A stretch of 64,000 nucleotides of DNA from Thecamonas trahens ATCC 50062 (Eukaryota; Protista; Apusomonadida), in the NCBI RefSeq assembly GCF_000142905.1, contig NW_013657663.1, positions 434,001 through 498,000 on the forward strand, written 5' to 3'. How positions within the stretch are numbered: position 1 is the stretch's first letter; each line of letters begins with the position of its first letter. The position numbers and the translations under genes are program-made. This document shows, one piece after another, positions 31,806 through 44,300 of this stretch. A model generated the notes under the pieces. It searched no databases. It had not been told where the DNA came from and saw nothing but the letters and a program-made list of their open reading frames with translations.

Positions 31806-34730
31806 ATGAGGAAAAATTCATCGTTGGCAAGGTTGCATACTCGGACACGATCACTGAGGGAGATCTCAGAGCAGAGACTCTCAGCCATCATGACTGCCGC
31901 TGTAGCCGGTCCCGGCCCGGACTCTGACGGCTGGGAAGCGCTCGAGTCGCTTGGTCTCGCTCGCGCCGAGTCGTACTCTGTGCCTTCACTCGCTGGTTCG
32001 GTCAGCGTCCTGCCCAAGGACTCGATGGTGGCTGATAGCGAGGAGCTGAATCGGACCGTGGCCGAGATGGCGGCGGGCAAGCGGCAAGTTCGAAATGGGG
32101 ACCTGGCGACGCAGTCGTTCTTTGTCCCGACAGCCAGACAGAGGCGGAAGCGTGCCGGAAGCAACGATAGCACGCGTAGCGAGCGGCGGATAAGTCTCGG
32201 TGGCTTGATGGACGAGGCACGCGAGCGAGCGATGCGGCTAGGGCCACGAGCAGAAGCAGAGCGCGAGTATGATCTCTCCGCCTCGCTGCTGGGCCGGACT
32301 ATGGGCCTCATTTCGCTGCAGCTCTCGTCCGAGACGACAATGTTTGACTTGCCGCTGGAGAACGGGCTCCGGCGGATCTGCCACTTCCTCCATCCTCAAG
32401 ATGTGGTGGCACTCGCTTCGACCTGCTACGTCCTCTACGACATCATTCTCTCCGACGAGCCGTTCTGGGCAGCGCTCCACTCTGTGGCGTTGAGTAAGAC
32501 GCAGCAGCGGCAGCCGCTAGCGTCGTCGCGGCGGATGGTAGCCCAGCCTGCGCTGCTGCGGTCGGCATCGACCGACGGCTTCTTCCTCGGTTCGCGTAAG
32601 ATGCCTTCGCACGAGGATATGCACGTCTTCTTTGGCGACGACGAGCTCGCGCACAAGCCGCCGCCCAACCCCAACCGCAGAAAGGCAATCCGCTCTGCGG
32701 CGCTGACCGCTGCTGCCGACGCGGCCTCGCAGCCACGGGCCTCAAACTCGATCTGGGACGTGGCGCCGTCGTACAAGGCCTACCGCGCGCTTCAGCTCGA
32801 CAAGCTCTGGGCTGTCTTTACCACGCGCGAACTCCCGCTCGCCATCCTCGATACAAACCTCCTGCAGGCCTCCGAGTTTTCACTTCACAACCTTTCGCGG
32901 TGCGACGACACGGCGTCGTCCGAGCTTTCGTCGGCGGAGTACTACTCGTCGTACTACTCCTCGGACGACGAGGCCCCGTCGTGTTCTGACCTTGTCTACG
33001 CTGGCAGCAACACGCAGATCTCGAGCTCATCCTGCTCCAACTCGGAGTGCGACGGCTTGTCGGCGCCAACGACACCGTCGCCGTCTACCTCGCCCTTGAT
33101 TGCATCCATCCCTGATCCAATGGACGAGCCTTTGCAGGCCGGACGTGCAGCCATCCCGGCGATGGAGCTGGGCGGCATGCTGGAAGCATCAGCGAGCTCT
33201 GGCTCATTCCATCTCTCGCATCTTCCGCTTGCACCGGCGAACCCACTTTCCAGAATCCGCAACTCGCCAGATGTGGGGCCGTACACTCCGCGACGGCGGC
33301 ATCATCGTCGGCGTCACACGCCGCGCGTCGGTGCCGCCGCCGGCGGTGGCAGCAAGGAGGATGAGGCTTGGACCAAGGACTCGGAGTTGCTACTGGCGTA
33401 CACGCTGCGGACTGGAGCCCATACTCGGTACCGTGGTGGCGAGCGGCGATCACTCGAGGCGGCGCGGATGCTTTCGGCGGCATCCCTGGTGGCGTCGCCA
33501 TCTGACTCGGCGCTGGAGGAGCGCGCGGCGCGGTTTGAACTCATTGCGCAGCAGCTGTTCTGGGCGGCGCTGGCGAACCGGCCGCGGGTCATGTCAGCGG
33601 TGCTCAACACCAACGTCCACGTGGCGTCGGACGAGCGGGTCATGCTCCTCAATGCGCACGTCCCACGCAAGCTCATCGGCCGCATTCCGGTCCTAACCGA
33701 CCGGCCGCCGCCGCGGTCTGTGTTTGGATCCGACGACGCGGCTCGCTGCTCTGAGCCTGCGCTTCACACCTCGCAACTGCTTCGGGCGCTCTCGCTCGAC
33801 GTGACATCGAACCATGTGTGCGAGAGCGAGGAGGCCATGACTGCCCTGGGACTCGACGGCCTCGGCCCGGACCGGATCACAACGCTGCTGTTGGAGGCGA
33901 TTGTGGCAGGAGCGACCGACACGGCGCTGTATCTGGTCCGACTCCGCGATGTCAACGTCAACGTGCCGTACTCGCTCCCACCGCTGCATGTGGCGACGCT
34001 GTACTCACGACCGCTTATTGTCCGCGCGCTCCTTGATACGGGCATGGTCAACGAGGAGTACTTTGAGTCTACCGGACTTGTCTCGCCGCTGCACGTAGCT
34101 GCAGCGCGGGGGGACATGCGGACACTCCACGTCCTCCTTGCCCACTCGAACATTGACGTCGACACACCGACGCCGATCCAGGGCGTGCTCGGCGGGCTGT
34201 ACACCCCGCTCATGCTCGCGGTCTCCAACAACCACATCCGTGTAGTGAAGCTCCTGCTTCACGTTGGCGCCTCACCGGATGTGCATCGTGCTGATGGCAT
34301 GACTGCGCTCTTCATTGCCGCCCATGCCGGCTTTGACGACATTGCCAACCTCTTGCTCGACGCCGGCGCGTCGACCTCGCCGCCGGCTTCGTCACCGGGC
34401 TGGTGGGACGTTGTCGCTCGCGGCTTTCTCACCGATCTCCGCGAAAAGTGTCTCGGCGGGACCGGCGTGGTCGTCGACGAGGGACTGGTGCACTACAGCG
34501 ATGGCGGCGGCGGTCTCACTCGTCCGCGCGCCTACTCGCACTTGCCGGCCAAGACGCTGAGCAAGTCTCCATCGCTGTACGGCCATCTGGAGAGCTCCAA
34601 GTGGGCCCGCGAGTCGTACGGCCCGCGGCCGAATCTGATGGACGTGGCCGAGCGGGTAGAGACCCGCAAGCGAGCGTTGACACTCGCGAGTAGTGTCAGC
34701 CGCGGCCGTGACACGTCGGTGTCCGGATGA
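31806..34730 (+). CDS. F-box and ankyrin-repeat protein (start uncertain: 31806 or 31890)
   Basis: F-box FDLPLENGLRRICHFLHPQDVVALASTC..FW; ankyrin repeats PPLHVAT, SPLHVAAARG, TPLMLAVSNNH, TALFIAAHAG. Confidence 0.85.
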   Translation: MRKNSSLARLHTRTRSLREISEQRLSAIMTAAVAGPGPDSDGWEALESLGLARAESYSVPSLAGSVSVLPKDSMVADSEELNRTVAEMAAGKRQVRNGDLATQSFFVPTARQRRKRAGSNDSTRSERRISLGGLMDEARERAMRLGPRAEAEREYDLSASLLGRTMGLISLQLSSETTMFDLPLENGLRRICHFLHPQDVVALASTCYVLYDIILSDEPFWAALHSVALSKTQQRQPLASSRRMVAQPALLRSASTDGFFLGSRKMPSHEDMHVFFGDDELAHKPPPNPNRRKAIRSAALTAAADAASQPRASNSIWDVAPSYKAYRALQLDKLWAVFTTRELPLAILDTNLLQASEFSLHNLSRCDDTASSELSSAEYYSSYYSSDDEAPSCSDLVYAGSNTQISSSSCSNSECDGLSAPTTPSPSTSPLIASIPDPMDEPLQAGRAAIPAMELGGMLEASASSGSFHLSHLPLAPANPLSRIRNSPDVGPYTPRRRHHRRRHTPRVGAAAGGGSKEDEAWTKDSELLLAYTLRTGAHTRYRGGERRSLEAARMLSAASLVASPSDSALEERAARFELIAQQLFWAALANRPRVMSAVLNTNVHVASDERVMLLNAHVPRKLIGRIPVLTDRPPPRSVFGSDDAARCSEPALHTSQLLRALSLDVTSNHVCESEEAMTALGLDGLGPDRITTLLLEAIVAGATDTALYLVRLRDVNVNVPYSLPPLHVATLYSRPLIVRALLDTGMVNEEYFESTGLVSPLHVAAARGDMRTLHVLLAHSNIDVDTPTPIQGVLGGLYTPLMLAVSNNHIRVVKLLLHVGASPDVHRADGMTALFIAAHAGFDDIANLLLDAGASTSPPASSPGWWDVVARGFLTDLREKCLGGTGVVVDEGLVHYSDGGGGLTRPRAYSHLPAKTLSKSPSLYGHLESSKWARESYGPRPNLMDVAERVETRKRALTLASSVSRGRDTSVSG

Positions 34731-35111
34731 GGAAGAGTGCCGGATATCGTTTGTCGTTTGTTGATGGGGGGGGGGGGGGGGGAAAGAAACACTTCACTGC
34801 ACGCACACACGCGCGCACGCGAGAGGCATGAGAGCCACGCAGGGCACCATTTGCAATGCAAGTGCAGCCAGGCAGGACGAGCCCAAGAGAGTCGTAGGTC
34901 GTGACCGGGGAAGCGCGTAAAAGAAATGCACAACGGTGACGCGAGCCCAAGCCGCAGAGAGTAGGGCGGGGGGCAAGGTGCTTGTCCAGGACAACATGGA
35001 AAAGCACACCGATTGAGACGGGTGGGCTGACGAGAGAGCAGGCCACACAGCAGACAGTGGAGGTACGTGGAGTTGAGCAGCGGTGATGGAGACAGCGGAA
35101 GCTGGTGCTAG

Positions 35112-36473
35112 TTAGAGGAGGTGCGCACGCTTGGCGGGCGGGGCGACGTCTTCGGAGTTGTCGTCGTAGTTGTTGGCGGAGGCCTCAACCTCGGGCTGGG
35201 CTTCGACTCCCGAGTCATAGTCTGCGATAGGCGCCGGGGTTGCAGTGGTCTGCTCCGGCGGGGCGACGGCGTCGAGCAGGAGCGACGAGATGCCATCGTC
35301 GGCTTCAGGGATGGGCTTGGCGGAGCGCGGCGGCGAGTCTTTGAGCAGAGTGTCCATGGCGGCCGGGCGGAGCGAGGTCCGCGGGCCGGCGCGCGAGTTG
35401 GGCTGGATGCCCAGCTTCATCGACGTGGCGAGCTCCTCCGACTTTGTCCAGCACGACGGGGCTGGCCTCGGCTTGTCGAGCGAGTTGGGGATGTGATAGA
35501 CGGTGTGGGTGAGGCAGAAGACCGAGTGGCAGGTGTGGGGGCGGCGCTTGCGCCGGTTGCCCACGCCGCACTGGATAGGAATGTCGTCGATGGTGTTTGG
35601 CACCATGTGGTACTGGTTGCAGTTGGTGCAGTACACGTCGCGGGTGAGGGCCCAGACGCAAAAGTAGCACGCCACCGACGCGAGAGCCTTGGACCTCATG
35701 GGCGCGTCGCCGGACCGCCGCGAGCGGAAGCACGAGAGCGGGAGCACGAGGTGGCACTGGTCACACTGGAAGAGCAGGCCGACAGGCTCGCGGTCGAGGT
35801 GCGGCTTGAGGCGCTCATAGTGCTCGCGCGCAGCCCGCGACAGCTCGTCCGGGTCCATCCCACGGAGGCGCTCGCGCGCAGCCTCGCGCTTGAGCGACAC
35901 CGCCGACGGCGTCGACATCCGCGGCGAGTGGCTCCGCTTGCGCTTCTTCTTGCTCATCGGCTTCTTCTTCAGCTGCAGCAGGTCCGCCGCTGCGTTGGCG
36001 GCAGACTTGTGGGCAGAACCGGTCATCGCCGCCTGCGCCGCCGCCATCCGCGCTCGCATCTGCGCCTGCATCTGCATCTGCGCCATCTGCATCTGCGCCA
36101 TCTGCATCTGCATCTGCATCGGGTTCGCCGCAAACGCCGCAGCGTACATCGGCATCGCCGCCATCATCTGCATCTGCTGCGCCGCCATGCGCTGGTAGCC
36201 AGGCACCACATGCGCCGGGGCGGGGTACGCCACTCCGTTGAGCATCCGCGGGGCAGAGCCACTCGGGCTCGAGCCCGCCCCTGCCGCATTCACAACAGGC
36301 TGCGGCGGCTGCGAACCTTCGCGCACGGGCTCAAGGCAGCCTTTGACCGCTCCCCCTGGGAGCGACCGCGGCGTCGGCGACCGCTCGACAAATCCGGCTC
36401 CAGACACCGGGAGGGATGGCTTGGACATAGCAACGTTACGCGGTGACGGCTTGAAGTCTACGACTCGAGACAT
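35112..36473 (-). CDS. Orphan nuclear-type protein with an M/Q-rich tract, basic NLS and Cys/His-rich domain
   Basis: Long ORF with coding codon bias; (QM)n tract; KKKPMSKKKRKR; CDQC, CYFC, CTNC, HTCHSVFC. The start may lie in an upstream exon. Confidence 0.7.
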   Translation of the reverse strand: MSRVVDFKPSPRNVAMSKPSLPVSGAGFVERSPTPRSLPGGAVKGCLEPVREGSQPPQPVVNAAGAGSSPSGSAPRMLNGVAYPAPAHVVPGYQRMAAQQMQMMAAMPMYAAAFAANPMQMQMQMAQMQMAQMQMQAQMRARMAAAQAAMTGSAHKSAANAAADLLQLKKKPMSKKKRKRSHSPRMSTPSAVSLKREAARERLRGMDPDELSRAAREHYERLKPHLDREPVGLLFQCDQCHLVLPLSCFRSRRSGDAPMRSKALASVACYFCVWALTRDVYCTNCNQYHMVPNTIDDIPIQCGVGNRRKRRPHTCHSVFCLTHTVYHIPNSLDKPRPAPSCWTKSEELATSMKLGIQPNSRAGPRTSLRPAAMDTLLKDSPPRSAKPIPEADDGISSLLLDAVAPPEQTTATPAPIADYDSGVEAQPEVEASANNYDDNSEDVAPPAKRAHLL

Positions 36474-38318
36474 TAACTCCAAGGAAATCTGCGCAATGCC
36501 AGAGGCCACACATCAAAGGGGCAGATCCAACAGAGCGCGGGCGAGGACAAAGCAGGTCCGGACGCGTGAAACATGCCGACAAGTCATCGTCATGATGCCG
36601 TGCCAGGTCATCCAAAAAAAATCGCCACCACCACCATCCGTCCACGACAGGGAAGCAGCCGACGCGGGGATCACCCGAACACAAAAGCAGGGCGAGAGAG
36701 TGAGTACAGTTGTGTGGGTGGAAGGAGAGATGGAACCCGCCGTATAATTCATGCCTCTTTCCCAGGTGTTCAAGCGAGCAAGGCCGAGACTGTGGCCAAG
36801 GCTGCGCCTCGCGGGGCGGTAGGAAAGGGGGGGGGGACAGGCTGCGCCAGGCGATACTCCCTTGCCATGCATTCCTATCAAGAGATGAATTGATAAATGG
36901 CACGCGATGCCAAAAAAGGTGCTCAGCGGAGAGCCGGTGGTGGAGCGGCAGGAGCGCGAAAGTGGTGGCGTGGCGCCTTGCGGAGGTTGAAGGTTGGCCG
37001 AGGGGAGGCTGGAGCGGGGGAAGGGGTGAGGGGGGGGGGAGATAACGAACAGGTTGGAGGTTGGAGACCTGGGCGAATATAACACAAGTCACAGATAGAC
37101 AATAGTCCTTGTAGGGGTCTGGGGAATGTGGGTGGGTGGGAAGAGGCGGTGTTGTAGACGGGTGGTGGCTGTGGAGCACTTGCCGGTAGCAACACCGGTC
37201 GCCGTCAAACAGTCCAAAGGGGCAAAAAATGGCATCGGCTGGCCGGGAACGCTACGCCGGTTTGCCCAAAAGGGCAAAATCGGGTGCTCCAGCAGACCGT
37301 CCGGTGGGCGTAAAAAACGGCCAATTTCGCCGTAGCCGTTCGCGCCATCTGTTTTGCCGTTTCGGGCAAAATTAGCAACGCTGCGTCGCGTCAGCCCGCA
37401 CGTCCACCGGCTGAGGCCTAAAGAACGGGGAAACGATGACAGAGCGACGGAAGCTCGCACAGAGCCAGAGTGACTTGCCGGTAAAGCACTCGTACAAAAA
37501 TCAGGGTTGGAAAACTGGTCCAAAGCCCCCTACGTACCACCGGCTGAGTGGTGACAGAGGCCATTCTTGGCCGGCGGAATGCAAGCCCGAGACAAACAGG
37601 CCCCTGCCGACGGCCGGCTACCAGGCTTTGGTCGAGCTGAGGGGCGTTGCTATTGCTCATGCTAACTACAGAATACCCAATGTATGTTGTCTGGTGTGGT
37701 ATACGTACGAGTCCTGGTTTCAGAAAGGTGGGTGGGGGGAGGGGGGAGGAGGGGAGCGTTGGTCCGAAGAGTAGTGTATCAGCCCTACGCCCCGGTAGCC
37801 ATTGCTGGAGCGGGTGGCAGCCCGGCAATGTCCGCCTGTCCAATTGTTCACCGCGGGCCAGCCGCGGCACATTGCCCCACACTGTTCTGATCGGCATATC
37901 TAGTGATTCAGAGATGTAAGCGTCGCCAGAGCGGTATAGCTGGTGCAACCTGTCGATTGTGTATAGTTCATGACCATAGCTTTCGTGTGATGCGCCTTGT
38001 ATGGGCCTTTACGAGGGTGGCCATGATGGATGTGCTCGAAGGCGACCAGCAATGCGTTACGTTTGCGGGCGTTGACCAACAGGCAATACTTGCGGCAATA
38101 CTGCGGTGTGCGGACAAGTCGCATGCGTCCGCACAAGACCAAAACAGGACAGGGCTAGTTACTTACCGCGGGTTTACGATGTGGCCAGCCCCTGGGTGAC
38201 CAATAATGTCTGGCAGAAGAGATTGGGGCCGATGATGCGGCCGCCGACAACGATGATGACCCCGAGCCCGAGCCCGAGCCGCCCGATAGGACCAACGACG
38301 GCTATGCATTCCTTTGCC

Positions 38319-41300
38319 TCACGAGCTCGAACGCGAGCTTGGGCTCGAGCTCGAGCTCGAGCCCGAGCTTGAGCTTGAGCTCGACCCAAGCCGCTTGTTC
38401 GGCTGGACTTGCATGACAGACACAAAGAGCTCCTGATCGGTGGGCATAGGCGGCGGCGCTGGCGTTGATGAGAGCGCAACCAAGGTGGTGTCATGCTCGA
38501 GCGACGAGAGCCGGGGTTTCGCCTGTGCCTCGGGCGAGTGCAGCGTAGTGACAAAGGCCGCAGAGTCGAACGCGTCGCACATCGAAGTCATCGGCGATGC
38601 CGAAACCAGCGGCGGCGGCGGCGGCGGGAGGTCCTTGCTCGAGACCACGAAAGATGACAGCTGCGCATCGGGCAAGTCGCTGCTGCCCGCGCTGCCGCCG
38701 TCGAGCACAACAAATGGCGAGGTGCCTACTGTGGCCTGATCGAGCGTCCCAAGGTTGTCCAGCTCCATGTCAAAGATCTGGCTGCCGCCAAACGACTCGC
38801 CCTCACCAAACACGGCGTCAAACTCGGCCTCGAGCTTTTTGTTCCGCCGCGCGATGAGGATGAGGTCTATGATGTTGCCAACAACAATGGCGAGGACGTT
38901 GACGATAATTGCGGCCATCGCCGTTCCGTTACGGAAGCTAGCCTCTGCAAACGTGCCCGACCACAGGATGACCATGCATGAGCCAAGACAAAGCAGCGCG
39001 AGCTGGTTGTGGAACATTGTTTCGTATGGCAGGTACCGCGCAAGCTGCATAAACGACATTACAAGAGCAAACAGCGCCACACTCGCCTTGGTCAATGGAG
39101 CACGGAAAAAGGTCATGGCCAGCACAACCGCGGCCTTGCGCGCCATGATCCACACCTCGAATCGATAGTTGGCCGGCGAGAACCGCCCCACCAGAAACGC
39201 ATACCGCAGGCTGAACAGGTCGGGATTGCTCACCCGCTTGAGCCGAGTGAGTAGCGCAAAGACTCCTAGAGGGAGCCCGACGCAGTAGATCGCACTGAAG
39301 AGGACAGCCATGCCAAAGTAGTTCCAGTACCACGTTCCGTAGCAGCTCTTGGCCGGCGCAGCCTCGAGGACCCACCGCCCGTCCTTGTCGCGGCGGCACT
39401 GGAGATAGCTCATTGCCATCGCCGCCAGCGGCAGGTACAGCAGCACCATCAGCTGCAGGTAAGCCCGCCGACAGGCATCCCGCAGCGCGCCGACCGTCAG
39501 CTTGACGTCCCGGCCCATTCGCGGCGCGAGGTGCGCCTTGTAGGCCAGGAAGCCACAGTAGACAGCGGCAAACGGAAAGAGGAAGAGCAGCGGGAGCAGG
39601 ACCGTGATCCACCACTTGAGCAGCCACACGTCGTCCGTCACCGTTGCACACTCGGGCGAGCTCAGGTCAAAGTTGAGGTTAAAGAACGAGACCACGTTGA
39701 AGAACTGCGCCGCAAAGTTCGACCACGGCAGCTCAAACTGGCCGTACATTGCACTGATCTGCAGCGAGTTGAAGCCAATCATGGCCGCCGCAAACTTGTA
39801 GCTCAGCTCCTCCTTTGCGTTGAGCCACACGAGCACACCCACCACAAGCACAGAGAGCAGCATCACCAGCCCCAACAACGGCAGCGTCCGGTTGTCGCAC
39901 TTGTAGCACTCACCAGAGAGCGCATAGTATCTGCGGGCACACGCCCCACACAGCCGCCCGGTGTAGCCCTTGGCGCACGCAAACGGGTAGCCACCACGAC
40001 ACGCCCGCGCGTTCGGGCACTCGAGGAACACACCCGGCTCGTTGGTCGGAAAGTAGCCCGGTAGAGCCACAGGCATCGCCAGCCCGCCGTCACACCGTGC
40101 ACCCTCGGGGCACTCGATGCACGGCTCGTTGATCTCGCGGAGCATCGAAAAGTAGCCCGGAATACAGGTACAGTTGAGTCCGCCACCGGCCACAGGCACA
40201 AAGCCCTGTTCAACCTGCGCGTTGACCGGGCACGTGAGACACTCGGTCGCCCCGATGCCGGTCAGAACGGTCGACTCGGGACAGATCTCGCACGGCTCCA
40301 GCGAGGTCTCGGCAGAAACCGTGCCCTCGGTGCAGAGAGCGCACTCGAGGACGGTCGAGCCTGACTTGACCAGCGCACCCGAGCCGGGCAGGCATGCCTG
40401 CACCACAACCGAGCCACTGATTCGTGCACCCGGCGCAAGCTCCAGCGACATCGCAGACCGCGCCACTTGCACATGCAGTTCGACTGCCACCCCAACGTCG
40501 GCACCGATCCGCGCTGCCACCCCCACGCCCGAAAAGGCAAGGACTTCGGCATCCAGCGGCTGCTGTCGCCCAGAGCCCACAAACGCATACGCGCTCTCGA
40601 GCGAGAGATCCGCGAGCTCCATCGCCACCATCACTTGTGGGTCGACCACAACCTGGCCAAAACCGTCGAGGGCCATCACTTGCCCGGCGCCCGCGCCAAA
40701 GAGCGTGCCTGACGAGATGACCGCCGGGAGGCTGCTAACCCACGCTAAAGACACCAACGGGCCGCCAACCAGCGGCGCGTACCCAACCGCGTCGACAACA
40801 GCAGGCAAACTCGCGTTGACCACGACCTCCATCGCTGGCGCGACATCGATCCACGGCGCGCTCCGCAGGAAGCTGCCATAGCTGGTGCTCACCTCCGGCG
40901 CTGTGCAGCATGGGTCAGACCCAGACGCGCAGTAACCCGCTTGTGCGTGGCAGACAAAGAACATCCCTGTGGCAGGCAGCATCTGCTCAACAGCTTTTGT
41001 CGGGTCCAGCTCAAACGGTTCGTTCCCCGAGCCGGCCAGCACCACCCTGGCACCACAGGCAAATCCAACCGCGCCGTACACTGCCCGGTTTCGCACCAGT
41101 GCAGTCTCTCTTATTTCCACCACTCCGCGTTGGACGCATCCAGCTGGTTCACTCCCGACAGGCATCGCGAGCGCCTCCAGCGATGAGCTTGATGGCTCGA
41201 TCGGAAACCCGTTCGCCGACGTCACCCCGCGCAGGTACTGCGACTCGGAGGCGGCAGCCACGGCACCACCAAACGATGCCTCGTTTTCACGCATCTGAGC

Positions 41301-44300
41301 ATCAGCGCTCGTAAACGAGCCGCCACCAACCACCGCCAGCGCACCGCCGAGCCGTCGAGCCGCATTTGTCACAATCACTGCCCCGCCGTCGAGCCGACCG
41401 TCGGCCTGCTGGCCGGCAAGCATCATGCCACCGCCGTGGTGGCCAGCCATGTTGTCGACGACTGACGTACCGCCGGTGACGTCGAGTCGAACAGTCGCAC
41501 TCACGCCGTGGGCCTCGAGCGCAATGGCGCCGCCAGACTTGGCCGCGCGGTTGCGCGCCAGCTCTGCATTCCCGCCCACCCACAGCCTACAGGCCGAGCC
41601 CTGAATAGCCTCGAGCAGTAGCGCGCCACCCGAGCCCTCGGTGGCCTCGTTCTCATTAAGCTCACTCGACTTCACCCGCACGTCTATCTCCGCGGACTTG
41701 ATCGAGTGTGCGTGGAGCGCTCCTCCGCCGTCGCGCACAACGTTGCGCGAGAGCACGCTGCCCGAGACCTCAATCTCTATGTCGCCACGGATGGCGGTGA
41801 CCGCAAGAACGCCACCGACCCGTGCCGAGGTGAACGACGGCGAGACGCCGGCCGCGGAGTTGTCGGTGAGCATGGAGTTGTTGATGACAACCCGTGACGT
41901 GCCACCCGACGACTCGACAAAGATACAGCCGCCCGATACCTCGGCAGAGTTCCAGGCGCAGACCACACGCTCGAGTTCGACGTGGACGTCTGCACCGACT
42001 GCCGCGACCGCGCCACCCGAGCGGTCGGCAGTGTTCGACGCCAGCACGCTGTCGTAGGCCACAAGCGACGCGCTGTCGCGGAGCAGGATGGCGCCTCCAA
42101 AGCCAAAGGTCGGCGATGCCACGGTGGGATCGTCGCCCTGGCGGGCAGTACAGTTGGCGAGAGTGACGTTGCGGAGGATAACAGTGCCGTCGGTCACGCC
42201 GAGCACTGCACCGCCAAACTGGACTGACGTCGTTGTGGCGCGGACAACGGTCAGGTTTTCCAGCTGAATGACAATGCCCGGTTCGGAGGATGCAAACAGT
42301 GTACCGCCGCCGGGTCCACAGTCGACAACGACATGCCCGATGCCCAGGAGATGAACCGACCGCGAAAGTACATGCGGTTGGTCCTTCCAGCAGCCAGAGT
42401 ACGTGCCTTGCGGTAGCTCAACAATGTCGAGGTTGTACGTGCCCGGGTGGCGGACCATAGTGTCGACGACGCACGTCAGCGTGTAGCCGCACGTCTCAAC
42501 CGGGACCCGGAACCGGGCCGGCGCCCGCAGAGTGCGGAAGACCGAGTTGATGCCGGCGTACCCTGCCGACCGGGTGTATGTCCACTGCGAGGACGTGAGC
42601 CAGTCCGGGTAGCCGTCACCATCAACATCAAGGACTTGCGCGTAGTTGGCACGTGTTTCGGAGGCGTACTTGTTGCGGATGTCGTACCACCGGTTGACGA
42701 TGCGGAGCCGCGACCGACCGGCCGATGAAGACGTGTCGTCAAACTCGGTCTCGTTGTACATGCCGCCGACGTTGAGGTAGAGGACGACACTGCGCGAGGT
42801 TGGAAATGCGATGATGTCACTCCAGCCATCGAGGTTAAAATCGGCCACTGCCATGCCCACCGTCGTTGCCGGGCGGTCTTCGGCGGCCGGGCTTAGGTCG
42901 CGCCACTCGGCGTACTGCGGGAGGAGGATGCGGGGCGGACCGAGAAGCGGCGCCAACGGCGTGCCCAGGTTCACGGCATACGCTGCGTTCTCAACCCACT
43001 CGGCACCGGTGACGAGGTCAACAAGACCATCGTTGTTGAGATCGATGGCACAGAGTGTCCAGATGTCACCGGTCCTGTCGGGTTGGAGCTCGACAAACGG
43101 CGCCATGCCCCACGGCGCGCCTGCCACGCTCGGCGCGGACACGCCTAACATGACCCGGTCGGACTTGTAGCAGGCGACAAGCACGTCGGGCGCACCATCG
43201 CCAGTCATGTCGGCGGCCGCCATGTCATGTGCAAAGTTACAGGTCTCATCCGGGAGGGCGGCGAGGACGTACGGGTCGTCAAAGCGGCCGCTTGCGGATG
43301 CGTTGCCCGGCAAGAGGCCGACGGTGCCCGCGACGCCGGCGAGGAGAAAGACTGAGTACACCGGGTCCGAGCTGTTGGCCAGCGGTAGCAGCTGGCCATG
43401 CATTCGGTGAACGCCGACAAGATCCGGCGCGTCGAGGGTGGTGTTGGCGGTGATGATCACCACGTCCTCGGCCCGAAAGTAAAGAGGCGGCCCGATGTTG
43501 GGAATCCAGCCGATGGTGTTGTGCTGGTAGCCGGTGGCAAAGACCACGTCTTGCACGCCATCGTTGTTGACGTCGGCAGACTCAAGGGCGACGACTCGAC
43601 CGCCGAGCTCGAGCCAGACGTCGTACGAGACCTCAAAGGTCGGCGAGTCAAAGAAGAACCGCAGCCGTCCACTCTCTTCGCTCGCCGGGTGGTAGATGAC
43701 AAAGTCGACGTGGGAGTCACGGTTGTAGTCTGCAGCGGTCGAAGCTGAGATGTACATCTCCTCCAGAGGATCACGGTCAACGAGCTGCGAGGCCTTTCTC
43801 GCGCCGGGGTAGCCGAGGTTGGGAAGAAAGGCAACGCCACGAGTGGTGGGAAACATGATGTCGATGTAGCCGTCAGTGTCGACGTCGACAAGGGCAAGGC
43901 CCTTGACCGCTTGATTTGCGCCCTGATTCCGCTCAAAGACGCGGATGATGGGTGTGTCGCGGAAGGATGTAAAAGCCGGCGCTCCGCTCGTGTCGGGCCC
44001 GAGGCCCATAAAGTTGTAAATGTAGAACTCGTTGGCCTGGACAACGAGGTCGACGTGGGCGTCCTCGAGTGGGTTGAGGTGACCGACGACAACATGCATC
44101 GAGGTGAAGAAGTTCGCCTCCTCGGCCGGGTATGGGCTTGCCACCAGCGTCCGCACGAGCTGCGAGAGCGAGTTGTTGACGTTGCGATAGGCATAGACAG
44201 TGTAGTAGTCGTTGACGACAATGTCCAAGCTTCCGTCGGCATCGATGTCGGCGACGGCGAGTGTGTTCGGGAGAACGAGGCCGTCGGCAACAACAGTACG

